64,000 nt of DNA from Candidatus Doudnabacteria bacterium RIFCSPHIGHO2_01_FULL_46_14 (lineage in GTDB: Bacteria > Patescibacteriota > Doudnabacteria > UBA920 > 2-01-FULL-46-14). The DNA lies in the NCBI GenBank assembly GCA_001779925.1, contig MFEK01000014.1, forward strand, positions 1,011-65,010, read 5' to 3'. A model generated the notes under the pieces. That model ran no database searches and had not been told where the DNA came from. It worked only from the letters and a program-made list of their open reading frames with translations. Numbering within the stretch: the stretch's first letter is position 1; every line of letters begins with the position of its first letter. Both the position numbers and the translations under genes were made by a program. Shown here one piece after another: positions 1 to 8,909 of the stretch.

Positions 1-14
1 ACATTGGAGCATAA

Positions 15-3000
15 ATGCATAAACCTAATAGATCTTTTTCACAAAAGGTCTTTGCTGCGGGTTTAGCAGTTACCACTGCTCTCTGGGCCTTTGGCGGCCT
101 GCTCACTGTAGCAGGAGCCGTTGAAGCGCACCCAGCAGGTACTCTCGTTCTCTCTGGAACGACTGTTTGGCATGTATCCGATGATGGAACCATGCGCCAT
201 GGAATTGATTCCCTGGCCAAATTCCTTAGCCATCGCTACAGTTTTGCCAACGTTGTCCCAGCCAATTCTGCTGACCTGGCTTTGCCAGACGGCGGACTTT
301 TGGGATGGGGTTCAGGCGTCCTGTTTAATGATGGTGGTACTGTCTATCAAGTTTCCGGCGGAACGAAGCATGGCTTCACTTCTGCCGCGGCCTTCACAGG
401 CTCTGGCTTCAGTTTTGGCAGCGTTGTTAACGCAAGCCTTGCTGGAGTTACAGCGGGATCAAACATTAGCGACGCATCCATGGCCCACATGGAAGGAACA
501 TTTGTTGTTTCCAGTGGGACCGTTTGGAGAGTTTCGGCCACTGGCCGACAAGGCGTCCCGCAACCGGGAGTCTTGTACTCCTGGGGCGCTGGTTTTGGCG
601 ATGTAGTGGCTGCTAACAGCGCTGACCTTGCTCTGGCAAACGAAGGAAACGCTTCCTTCCGCACCGGAACTTTGGTCAACGATTCCGGCACGCTCTTTGC
701 CGTAACCGCGACCACGAAGCGCGGATTTCCATCAGCTTCCTGCTACACTGGCTTTGGATTCAATTTTTCCACGCCGGTCGCAGGTTCAACTGCCGGTTTG
801 ACCGCCGGAGCTAATTACTGCGCTGACGCAGGCACTCCGACCCCTCCGGGTCCAACACCTCCGCCAGTATCAGCGGGAACAGTATCCGTATCACTCGCGT
901 CTGACACTCCGGCTGCCGGGACCATTGTTGAAAATGCGGCCCGGGTTGGCTTCACCAAAGTCAATTTCACAGCAGGAGCCTCTGACGTGATCATCGATTC
1001 CATGGTTGTGGAGCGCACTGGTATTTCCCAGGACTCCAACTTTACCGACATCATTCTTTTGGATGTCTCTGGCGGTGTTTCAGTCGGAGTTGCTTCCCAA
1101 ATCGGGAATGAAAAGACTCTTGGCTCAACCCACCAGGTAACCTTTGCTGATGACATTACAGTCAAAGCGGGGACAACCAAATCCATCATGCTTGCCGCCA
1201 ACATGTCCGGCACCTTGCAAGCTGGTGAAACCGCTGCCCTGCGATTGGTCAGTGCGACGCCTTCCGGCACAGCAACCGTTTCCGGAAGCTTGCCGATTAC
1301 AGGCAGCACCATGACCATGAATGGCACTCTTGCCATTGGAGCGGTTACTATCGCAGCTGGTTCTCAGAACCCAGCAGCCACGACTCAGCAGGTCGGTATC
1401 AATGATTACATTGTTTCCGGCGTCCGAGTCTCGGCTAACTCTGTGGAAGATATCGAAGTCCAGCAAATGCGCTTCTACCAAAACGGCACTGCTGCTGACG
1501 GCGATGTCAAAGACCTTGAGCTTATGGTTGATGGCGCAGTAATCGCCACGGTCAGCAAACCGACGAGCAAAGAAGCCACCTTCAAACTGGCTACCCCGAT
1601 CGTCATCAAGAAAGGCGAAAACAAAGAGTTCAATGTCCGCCTTGATATAGTCGACGGGTCTTCTCGAACAATCAGTTTTGATTTCGATAAGAAAACGGAT
1701 GTGGTAGCAATAGGCAAGACCTATGCTTATTACATGACTCCGACTTATCCGAACGCGACCTCTCCGTTCTTCAACGCTCCGAACACCACGATTGATTCAG
1801 GCGCTTTGACCTTCTCGAAGGGCGTAGTTGCTTCCCTCAATCTGGCCGAAGGAGTAAACAGTCAGGTTATCGGTGCTTTCAAAACCACTGTCCAAGGCGA
1901 GCCGGTCCAGGTGACCAGACTCGTTTTGAACCTGACCGTTACCGGAACAGGAAATGGCGCTGACCTCACCAACATTGTGGTCAAGGATTCTGCAGGAAAG
2001 GTAGTTGCCGGGCCGATTGACGGCGCGGACAATACCGGCCCTGACGCGGCCACCACAACCGATACGATAATTTTCCCAACGGGAACTAACACGTACACGG
2101 TGGTAGCGAACATGAACACGGATTTTGCCGGCAATGACACTGTCCAGGTCGGTGTTGATGATCCAGACAGCAAAGTCACTGCAAAAGGCACGGTAACTAA
2201 CCAAACCATCACCGCCAACCCAACCTCGACTGTCACTCTCGACACTCTGACGGTAAAGACCGGCTCGATCCTGGTTTCTACCTCCACGACACCGGCTGCG
2301 CAAAACGTACTTGTGGGACAAACCCAGTTTACGTTTGCCAACTTTGTCTTGGATGCCACTTCTTCCGGCGAGGATGTCCGGGTAACCGCTCTGGCGACCG
2401 TCCATAGGGCAGTCAACAGCGACCCGACCAACATCGCGAACCTTACTCTGTATGATGGCACGACAGCGCTTTCACCGATTATTCAGCCAAGCGGCACTGT
2501 CTCTCCTGCAACCTCGACCTTCTCCTTTACGAATCCGATCGTGATTACCAAGGGTAGTTCCAAAACCCTCACGCTCAAGGGAGACATTGTTTCCGGGGAT
2601 GCAGACTCTGATACCCACGCTTTTGGCTGTGAAGGCACAGGCTGTGTGACCGCCACTGGTGCGTCCACCAGCACGGCCATCACTCCGACCGTAACCAGTA
2701 GCACTGGACAAACAATGTCCATCGTCGCTTCCGGTACGTTCACAGTAGGCGCCTCGGGAACTAGCCCGACACAAGGCGCGAACATCACAGGCAATTCCAG
2801 CAAGGTTACTGTGGGCGAATTGCTCTTCACCGCCACTAATGAAGATATTGATTTGACTGAACTGCATCTCGGCGCTACTGCCGTCAACGGCGGCGCGCTT
2901 AACGATGAGTTCAGCATGGTCTATCTGTTCGCGGGTTCAACCCAGGTTGCTTCCGCGTCTCCGACCACGACTAACGTCATTACCTTCCAGAGCCTTGAAG

Positions 3001-3833
3001 GCAAATTCCGCATCTACAAGAACCCGGCTTCCGGACAAAACCTGCTCACCATCAAGGTTGATACTGCCGCTATAACCAACCAGGGCGGCGATGGCAACAC
3101 AGGTGATTCCGGGGACGGCGTAAGCCTAACGGTCGCTGCCGATGCGTATGCCGGTAAAGGCATTGCGTCCGGATCGACAATCTCTGCCGCCAACAAATCA
3201 GGCACCTTCGACGGTCAGCAATATACGGTCTACAAGACCCAGCCGACCTTTGCCAGGGTTCCTCTGTCAACCACTTTGGCTGACGGTGATTTGGGCGTGT
3301 TCGCCTTCTCATTGACCGCTGACGCAAAGGGTGATGTCGGCTTCTACAAGGCCGCCTTTGAGATTTCCACAACGGGTGTGAGCATAACCGACTTCAAACT
3401 CTATGAAGAGTACGGCACATCCAATCAGCAGGATCTCACCACCAACGCGGCGCGCCAATCATCGGGCGAGCTGGCTGCCGGAAGAGACTATATATCCATT
3501 CTCTTGGATACAGGCACTGATGGCGTAGGCCAGGGCGGAGAATTCCGCTTCGTCGGCGCCGGTGTTACTAAGACCTTCCAACTGCGCGGAACAGTGGCTA
3601 ATGCCAGTGCCGGCGACAGTATGAATGTGGTTCTTAGAAACGCCACAGGCGTTGGTACTCACCCAGGCGATGCTGAAACCGTCGCTGATGAGGAAACAGG
3701 CCATTTTGTCTGGTCAGACTTGCACTACGGAAACTCAACACCAACTGCGACCTACACGGCCGAGTGGTTCAATGGGTACCGCGTGCCAGGATTGTCCGCG
3801 ACTTCTACACAGCAATCGCTGTCAAAGTCCTAA
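15..3833 (+). CDS. Giant secreted Thr/Gly/Ser-rich cell-surface (S-layer/adhesin-like) protein, 1272 aa
   Basis: N-terminal signal peptide (MHKPNRSFSQKVFAAGLAVTTALWAFGGLLTVAGAVEA). Three tandem ~80-aa repeats near the N-terminus (GT.V.SGTVW.VS..G...G....LYSWG.GFG.VV.ANSADLAL), then a Pro-rich linker TPTPPGPTPPP. The remainder is a long low-complexity T/G/S/V-rich beta-type region. Single uninterrupted ORF; antisense ORFs in the track are spurious. Confidence 0.75.
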   Translation: MHKPNRSFSQKVFAAGLAVTTALWAFGGLLTVAGAVEAHPAGTLVLSGTTVWHVSDDGTMRHGIDSLAKFLSHRYSFANVVPANSADLALPDGGLLGWGSGVLFNDGGTVYQVSGGTKHGFTSAAAFTGSGFSFGSVVNASLAGVTAGSNISDASMAHMEGTFVVSSGTVWRVSATGRQGVPQPGVLYSWGAGFGDVVAANSADLALANEGNASFRTGTLVNDSGTLFAVTATTKRGFPSASCYTGFGFNFSTPVAGSTAGLTAGANYCADAGTPTPPGPTPPPVSAGTVSVSLASDTPAAGTIVENAARVGFTKVNFTAGASDVIIDSMVVERTGISQDSNFTDIILLDVSGGVSVGVASQIGNEKTLGSTHQVTFADDITVKAGTTKSIMLAANMSGTLQAGETAALRLVSATPSGTATVSGSLPITGSTMTMNGTLAIGAVTIAAGSQNPAATTQQVGINDYIVSGVRVSANSVEDIEVQQMRFYQNGTAADGDVKDLELMVDGAVIATVSKPTSKEATFKLATPIVIKKGENKEFNVRLDIVDGSSRTISFDFDKKTDVVAIGKTYAYYMTPTYPNATSPFFNAPNTTIDSGALTFSKGVVASLNLAEGVNSQVIGAFKTTVQGEPVQVTRLVLNLTVTGTGNGADLTNIVVKDSAGKVVAGPIDGADNTGPDAATTTDTIIFPTGTNTYTVVANMNTDFAGNDTVQVGVDDPDSKVTAKGTVTNQTITANPTSTVTLDTLTVKTGSILVSTSTTPAAQNVLVGQTQFTFANFVLDATSSGEDVRVTALATVHRAVNSDPTNIANLTLYDGTTALSPIIQPSGTVSPATSTFSFTNPIVITKGSSKTLTLKGDIVSGDADSDTHAFGCEGTGCVTATGASTSTAITPTVTSSTGQTMSIVASGTFTVGASGTSPTQGANITGNSSKVTVGELLFTATNEDIDLTELHLGATAVNGGALNDEFSMVYLFAGSTQVASASPTTTNVITFQSLEGKFRIYKNPASGQNLLTIKVDTAAITNQGGDGNTGDSGDGVSLTVAADAYAGKGIASGSTISAANKSGTFDGQQYTVYKTQPTFARVPLSTTLADGDLGVFAFSLTADAKGDVGFYKAAFEISTTGVSITDFKLYEEYGTSNQQDLTTNAARQSSGELAAGRDYISILLDTGTDGVGQGGEFRFVGAGVTKTFQLRGTVANASAGDSMNVVLRNATGVGTHPGDAETVADEETGHFVWSDLHYGNSTPTATYTAEWFNGYRVPGLSATSTQQSLSKS

Positions 3834-3872
3834 GACTCTCTTGATCTAGTCTCTCTTGAGACAGAAAGCAAT

Positions 3873-3910
3873 CCCCCCTCTTCTTGAAAGAAGAGGGGGG
3901 TTGTTTTTTT
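3873..3910 (+). terminator. Rho-independent terminator after the surface-protein gene
   Basis: Perfect GC hairpin CCCCCCTCTTCTT-gaaag-AAGAGGGGGG (3873-3900) followed by TTGTTTTTTT. Confidence 0.8.
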
Positions 3911-3940
3911 GTAAAAATTTTGTTAGATTATTTATTATAC

Positions 3941-4639
3941 ATGCGCAAATACATAAAGATAGTAATAATCATGCTAATAGCGGCTGGCGCTGTGTTTGCT
4001 TTCACCAGACTGAATAAACCTCAGAATGATGAGCCGGATATAGAGGCCATGAAAGACAGCATTGCCGCGGACCCGGCTGTCCGTGCTGACCATCTGAACG
4101 CCGAACAGATTGAACAACGGCTGGCGCAGTTCCGTACGGCCAGGGATCAGGTGGTGGCAGCCAATTTTGACTCTTTGCAAGGAATTAACGAGATCGCGCT
4201 TCTCAAACAGCAATTAGGCGATTTTGAGGGCGCGAGAATCGCCTGGGAATACGCGAACATCATCCGTCCGAAAAACTCTTTGTCGTTTTCCAACCTCGCG
4301 GCTCTTTATCATTTTGATCTGAAACAGTATGACAAGGCTGAGAAAAATTATCTCATCTCCATTGCCAATGATCCGGACGACATCCCGACTATCCGCAATT
4401 TTTTTGAGCTATATTATAATGCAATCAAGGATAATGCAAAAACGGAAGCCTTGCTTTTGAGATCAATACAGAACAACCCTGATCGCAGTGATTTGTATGC
4501 TCTGGCCGGCGGTTTTTATCGGGATACTGGCAACATTGGCAGAGCGCTTGAATATTTTAAAAAGAGTTTGGAAATCAGTCCAAACAATGAAGCTGTGAAA
4601 AATGAAATCATCCGGCTGGAAGCCCAAAATAAGCAGTAA
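3941..4639 (+). CDS. TPR-repeat protein with N-terminal membrane anchor
   Basis: ATG at 3941 (MRKYIKIVIIMLIAAGAVFAF = TM helix); the track's TTG start at 3884 lies inside the terminator hairpin. TPR-like periodicity (ALLKQQLGDFEGARIAWEYANI..., LYALAGGFYRDTGNIGRALEYFKKSLEI). Confidence 0.6.
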   Translation: MRKYIKIVIIMLIAAGAVFAFTRLNKPQNDEPDIEAMKDSIAADPAVRADHLNAEQIEQRLAQFRTARDQVVAANFDSLQGINEIALLKQQLGDFEGARIAWEYANIIRPKNSLSFSNLAALYHFDLKQYDKAEKNYLISIANDPDDIPTIRNFFELYYNAIKDNAKTEALLLRSIQNNPDRSDLYALAGGFYRDTGNIGRALEYFKKSLEISPNNEAVKNEIIRLEAQNKQ

Positions 4640-4641
4640 AA

Positions 4642-6078
4642 TCAGTTTGGTTTCAGATAAACCAGCCTTAGGACATTCCCAGAGTAATCGGTTCGAATAT
4701 TTTCCAGAATCGATTCTGGCAGGTTCAGTTTTTTGAATGCTTGCTGCTCGATGACGACATATGACCCCGCCGGAATGTTCTGTCCATTTTTGATGAGTTC
4801 AAAACTCCGTTTGTTGCTGTAAAAGCTGATCGTATCCCAATAGTCGTATTCAAAAGCGTAGATTTTTTCCACATCGGTTTTCGTTGCCAAAAAGCGGCCA
4901 ACACCTCTTTCATCTTCAGAAATAGACTGGTTCACAGCCAGCTGTTTTTGTTTATTAAATCCGACATAGAGGGCGTTGGTAAATCCCGCAGTGAGCAGAA
5001 GGAATATTACAAAATAATATTTAGTGATATGAACCGCCTTGGCGCGGGCTAAAGAATCTGTAGCTAGAAGGCCGAGAAACAGAGCCATGAAGGGAATTGC
5101 TGGGATGGTATAGTAGAAGAGCTTTGTTCCTGCAGCAGCAAAAACCGTAAAGATAAATACCGCACTGCAGCCGAGCGCAAGGGCTTCTTTTTTTCGGCCA
5201 TTTGTTTTTAGCAGAGCAGTAGGTAAAGCAAGCAAACCGAGGCCAAAAAGAGCAAACCAGGGAAATTCGAAAAGAAAAGAAAATTTGAAATAGTTCCAGT
5301 TGGAAACTGCTTGTCCTCCGCCGATGACATTTTCACCAAATCGGCCAAGTACATGGTGTATAAAATATTCCTGCCAAAAAGCGCTGCCAAATTTTACAGT
5401 TTCGTATAAATGCCACGGCAAAATGATCGCGAGTCCCGCAAACCCTCCGAGCCAGAAATATTTGTTCTTTAGCCAGGAAAAATTTTTGAAAATGATTGAC
5501 CAGATCAGAATAGCCGGAAAAGCATAAAATCCAATAATGCTTTTAAACATTATGCCGACAGCAACACCGATACCTATTCCGATCAGCCACTTTGGATTTT
5601 TTAAGCCGCAAAGAAATGAGTAAAAAGAAAACATAATTGCCACAGTAACCGGAACATCGAGGCGCACCTGCCGTCCGGCAACGATCAGCGCGCCCATAGT
5701 TAAAAACATCAGACCGGTAACCAGGCTCATGAATTTATCTTTTGTTATTTCCCAGGCTAGCAGCATGATCAAAATAATTCCGGCGATGGAGAACAGGCTC
5801 GAAGGCAGGCGCAGAGAGAATTCGTCGAGTCCAAACATTTTTGATGAAATCATAGCCAGCCAGAAATACAGCGGCGGCTTTTCAAACCAGGGATTTCCGA
5901 GATGTTTAAGGGTTAATGGATCGGTGCCGGAGACGGTTTCCCTCACAACTTTTGCATAAATCGCTTCGTCATAGTCCTGCAGCGCGGGCTTGCCGAGTCC
6001 TGTAAGAAAAATTATCGAAGCCAAAATTCCAACACCTAAAAAAGCCAAAAGATAGCGTTTTTCCGGACTAATTGGCAT
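4642..6078 (-). CDS. GT-C fold membrane glycosyltransferase, PMT/ArnT (GT39/GT83-like) family
   Basis: About 11 predicted TM helices. N-terminal loop motif YDEAIYA (the DE motif of the PMT/ArnT family). C-terminal soluble domain. Confidence 0.6.
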   Translation of the reverse strand: MPISPEKRYLLAFLGVGILASIIFLTGLGKPALQDYDEAIYAKVVRETVSGTDPLTLKHLGNPWFEKPPLYFWLAMISSKMFGLDEFSLRLPSSLFSIAGIILIMLLAWEITKDKFMSLVTGLMFLTMGALIVAGRQVRLDVPVTVAIMFSFYSFLCGLKNPKWLIGIGIGVAVGIMFKSIIGFYAFPAILIWSIIFKNFSWLKNKYFWLGGFAGLAIILPWHLYETVKFGSAFWQEYFIHHVLGRFGENVIGGGQAVSNWNYFKFSFLFEFPWFALFGLGLLALPTALLKTNGRKKEALALGCSAVFIFTVFAAAGTKLFYYTIPAIPFMALFLGLLATDSLARAKAVHITKYYFVIFLLLTAGFTNALYVGFNKQKQLAVNQSISEDERGVGRFLATKTDVEKIYAFEYDYWDTISFYSNKRSFELIKNGQNIPAGSYVVIEQQAFKKLNLPESILENIRTDYSGNVLRLVYLKPN

Positions 6079-7159
6079 GGTAAATCAGTTCTTGATAAAC
6101 ATTTTCTGTTTTTTCAATCATCCTTGCGAGCGTGAACTGCAAGGACTTTTGTTTGGCGTTTTCCCCAAGACGCCGGGCGAGAATAGGGTCGCTTAAAATT
6201 TTGATAACAGCCTCAGCGAGAGCTTGAGGATTTTTTGGCGGCACCAGGATTCCAACCGCAGTTTCCTCCCCCCCTGTGGGGGAGGTTAGGTGGGGGGTAA
6301 GCATCTCAGGAACCCCTCCCACATTCGTAGAAACAATCGGTAATCCCGCTCGCATAGCTTCGAGAATCGTGTAAGGAAAACCCTCTTTGATCGAGGAGCA
6401 GGCATAAATATCAAACGTGGGAAGCAGTTGTGCCGCATCTGATACGCCGCTCACGATTTTTAGCTGCGCATTTGGAAAGTCAGCTTCGACAATTTTAAAT
6501 GCGGCCCGCAGGGTTTTGAGATCTTTGGTCGGATAGTCATGGGCAATCGTGCCGATGGTGATTTTTCCCTCCCCAGGCGTGGGGAGGGTGGTCGTTAGGC
6601 CGGGAGAGGTCGCAATCCCATTATGAATCGTGACGAGCTTTTCCTGCTTGGACAATTTGTCGGCTATAGCTGATTTTCTGTCAAATTCAGAGACAGTAAT
6701 AATTTTATTTCGAAATATTGAAGCTAATTTTTCCGCCCAGAAATAAATTTGTCTCACTAGAAAAGAGTTCGGTTCTAAAAATGCAAAGCCGTGAGCTGTG
6801 AACAAGACTGGTTTTCCAGCCAGCCAGCCTGCAAAACTGCCGATCACTCCGGCTTTGCTCGAGTTGAGATGCACAATATCTGGATCAAGCTCCCTGATCA
6901 GTTTTTTTAATTCCCAAATCGCGAGAAAATCCTTTAATGGGTGAATATTTCTGACGAGATTTCGGACTTTGAAAACCCGATATCCCTGATTCCCCAAAAT
7001 TTTCGACAAAGTTTCCGCATCATTGCCAATGGCTGCGAGGATTTCGTATCGATTCTTGTCCAAATTTGTAGCCAGATCAAAAACATAGCGCTGAGCGCCG
7101 CCCATCTCGCCTTGGGTGATTATTATGAGAATTTTTATCTTTTTGCCATTTTGACTCAT
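6068..7159 (-). CDS. Glycosyltransferase family 4 (GT-B)
   Basis: GT4 C-terminal signature E..GFPYTILEAMRAGLPIVSTNVGGVPEML. Contains two in-frame GC-rich palindromic inserts. Overlaps the downstream GT-C gene by 11 bp. Confidence 0.8.
   Translation of the reverse strand: MSQNGKKIKILIIITQGEMGGAQRYVFDLATNLDKNRYEILAAIGNDAETLSKILGNQGYRVFKVRNLVRNIHPLKDFLAIWELKKLIRELDPDIVHLNSSKAGVIGSFAGWLAGKPVLFTAHGFAFLEPNSFLVRQIYFWAEKLASIFRNKIITVSEFDRKSAIADKLSKQEKLVTIHNGIATSPGLTTTLPTPGEGKITIGTIAHDYPTKDLKTLRAAFKIVEADFPNAQLKIVSGVSDAAQLLPTFDIYACSSIKEGFPYTILEAMRAGLPIVSTNVGGVPEMLTPHLTSPTGGEETAVGILVPPKNPQALAEAVIKILSDPILARRLGENAKQKSLQFTLARMIEKTENVYQELIYHAN
6263..6300. repeat. In-frame GC-rich palindromic element copy within GT4 gene 6068..7159
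   Basis: CCTCCCCCCTGTGGGGGAGGTTAGGTGGGGGG. Its reverse complement matches copy 10741-10770 (CCCCCACCTAACCTCTCCCCTCAAGGGGGAG). Encodes TPHLTSPTGGEE in the gene frame. Confidence 0.7.
6565..6590. repeat. Second in-frame GC palindrome within GT4 gene 6068..7159 (linker region)
   Basis: CCCTCCCCAGGCGTGGGGAGGG. Encodes LPTPGEGK on the minus strand. Confidence 0.6.
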
Positions 7160-7282
7160 GAGCTCAATTATCGTACAATAAATAGTAACTCCATTAGAAA
7201 TCTCTACTGAAATAATAAACTATATTACGTCTTTATGACAGCGCAGATTTCCAAATGGGGTTGAATAATAATCCAAGAAACC

Positions 7283-8113
7283 ATGCATGACAAGCATAAA
7301 ATCGGCATCGTGGGCGGTGGTGTGGTCGGCGGGGCAGTAAAGAACTTTTTCACGGAAGCCAAAGTCTACGATAAATATAAGAACCTTGATTCAATTGAAG
7401 AAGTAGCTTCCGCGCGCTTCATTTTTATCTGCGTGCCAACGCCCTTTGAAAATGGCCTGGATTTATCAATGGTGGACGACGCGGTAGCGAACGTTGTGTC
7501 TCACCTCGCGGACCCGGAAAATCAGCTTGTTGCTATCAAATCAACCGCCTGGCCGGGAACCACGCAAAGCTACCAAGATAAATATCCTGAGGCCAATTTT
7601 GCTTTTAATCCCGAGTTTCTTCGCGATAAAACTGCGAACGAAGATTTTATAAACAATGACCGGCAGATTGTGGGGTATACGAGCAAAACCAAAGACAGCC
7701 CCCTCGTGAAAGAGCTTTTGGAGATTCTACCGCGCGCGCCTTATGAAAAGATCATGCCCGCTGTAGACGCGGAAATGATTAAATATGCCGGCAATACTTT
7801 TTTGGCGCTTCAGGTGATTTTTGCCAATCAGGTTTTTGACATTTGTGAAGCTTCGGGGATCAGCTATGAGCAGGTGAAAGAAGCGGTGAAGGCGGACAAA
7901 CGAATTGGTAAAACGCACTGGGAGGTTTTTCATACAGAATCAAGCCTAGCCGCAAACATCAGTGATGCGTATCGCGGCTATGGAGGGAAATGTTTCCCCA
8001 AGGATATCAATTCGCTTATCCATGAAGGCCAAAAGATTGGAGTGGATGTGTCGCTCTTTGAGGTGGGCCGCGAGGTTAACCTCAAGCTAAATGGAGGCAA
8101 ATATGACAAATAA
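7283..8113 (+). CDS. UDP-glucose/GDP-mannose dehydrogenase-family protein, short form lacking the C-terminal UDP-binding domain
   Basis: GIVGGGVVG NAD fold; IKSTAWPGTT; FNPEFLRDKTANEDFINNDRQIVG; catalytic-Cys motif GYGGKCFPKD. Ends about 25 aa after that motif. Confidence 0.7.
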   Translation: MHDKHKIGIVGGGVVGGAVKNFFTEAKVYDKYKNLDSIEEVASARFIFICVPTPFENGLDLSMVDDAVANVVSHLADPENQLVAIKSTAWPGTTQSYQDKYPEANFAFNPEFLRDKTANEDFINNDRQIVGYTSKTKDSPLVKELLEILPRAPYEKIMPAVDAEMIKYAGNTFLALQVIFANQVFDICEASGISYEQVKEAVKADKRIGKTHWEVFHTESSLAANISDAYRGYGGKCFPKDINSLIHEGQKIGVDVSLFEVGREVNLKLNGGKYDK

Positions 8114-8909
8114 GCCTTCTTTCAAAATCGCCATTGTCGGCGGGGGAGCGGTCGGCAAGGCCATTTCGGCGTATTACGGGCGGGTAAAAATCTACGATAA
8201 ATATCATCCGGTGGATTCGCTTGATGAGGTCTGCGATGCTGATTATATCTTCGTGGCTGTGCCTACGCCATTCGATGATGCCAAAGGCCAGCCGGATTTA
8301 ACAGAAATGGATGATGTTCTGACAGTACTTGCCAAAAATATGAAACGGCCGGCCGAACAGGTGGTAATCATCAAATCAACAGTGTTTCCCGGAACAACCC
8401 ATGGTTATCAGGAGAAATTTCCCAGTCTAAATCTGATTTTCAATCCCGAGTTTTTAACGGAAAAGACAGCGGTTGAAGATTTCGCCAGGCCTGACAAACA
8501 GCTCGTGGGTTTCACATCCAAATCCGTCGAGTTTGCAGAAAAGGCGATGAGCATCCTGCCGCGGGCGCCTTACGAAAAGATCATGCATGCCAGGGCTGCA
8601 GAAATGACTAAATATGTTATCAATACCTACTATGCTTTTAAGGTTATATTCGGTAATTCTATTTATGATCTATGCCAGAAAACCGGCGCTGATTACGATC
8701 AGGTGCGAGAGGGTTTGGTGCGCGATAAGCGAATCATTGATTCTCATTTTGACGTTTTGCACGGCGGATATCGCGGTTACGGCGGCAAATGCCTGCCAAA
8801 AGATGTGAAGACCCTTGCCTGGTTTGGCAGCAAAAACGGCAAGCCCGTAAAATTTATCGAAACTATTATTAAACTGAACGAAAAACTGGCATGGCAAAAG
8901 CACTTGTAA
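8103..8909 (+). CDS. Second tandem UDP-glucose-dehydrogenase-family paralog, also a short form
   Basis: FKIAIVGGGAVG, IKSTVFPGTT, FNPEFLTEKTAVEDFARPDKQLVG, GYGGKCLPKD. ATG at 8103 gives a small overlap with the previous gene. Confidence 0.7.
   Translation: MTNKPSFKIAIVGGGAVGKAISAYYGRVKIYDKYHPVDSLDEVCDADYIFVAVPTPFDDAKGQPDLTEMDDVLTVLAKNMKRPAEQVVIIKSTVFPGTTHGYQEKFPSLNLIFNPEFLTEKTAVEDFARPDKQLVGFTSKSVEFAEKAMSILPRAPYEKIMHARAAEMTKYVINTYYAFKVIFGNSIYDLCQKTGADYDQVREGLVRDKRIIDSHFDVLHGGYRGYGGKCLPKDVKTLAWFGSKNGKPVKFIETIIKLNEKLAWQKHL

Noticed and set aside
121-3704. Multiple antisense or alternative-frame ORFs (121..606, 347..715, 815..1336, 1797..2461, 2472..2917, 3070..3372, etc.) inside the surface-protein gene
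   Set aside because: All overlap one long continuous + strand ORF with a coherent repeat/domain structure. They arise from the G+C-rich, repetitive codon composition.
3884-3940. TTG start at 3884 for the TPR protein, as in the ORF track
   Set aside because: The first 9 codons would be read through the terminator hairpin and T-tract. The ATG at 3941 begins directly with a TM helix and is the plausible start.
7186-7200. CCATTAGAAATC upstream of gene 7283 as a degenerate junction-element half-site
   Set aside because: Only an 11/12 match to the left TIR core with no right-arm partner or GTG start. Likely chance.
7283-8909. The two short UDPGDH-like genes as a single frameshifted full-length gene
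   Set aside because: The second ORF restarts with a complete N-terminal NAD-binding domain (FKIAIVGGGAVG), not a C-terminal domain. These are two paralogous short genes rather than fragments of one.
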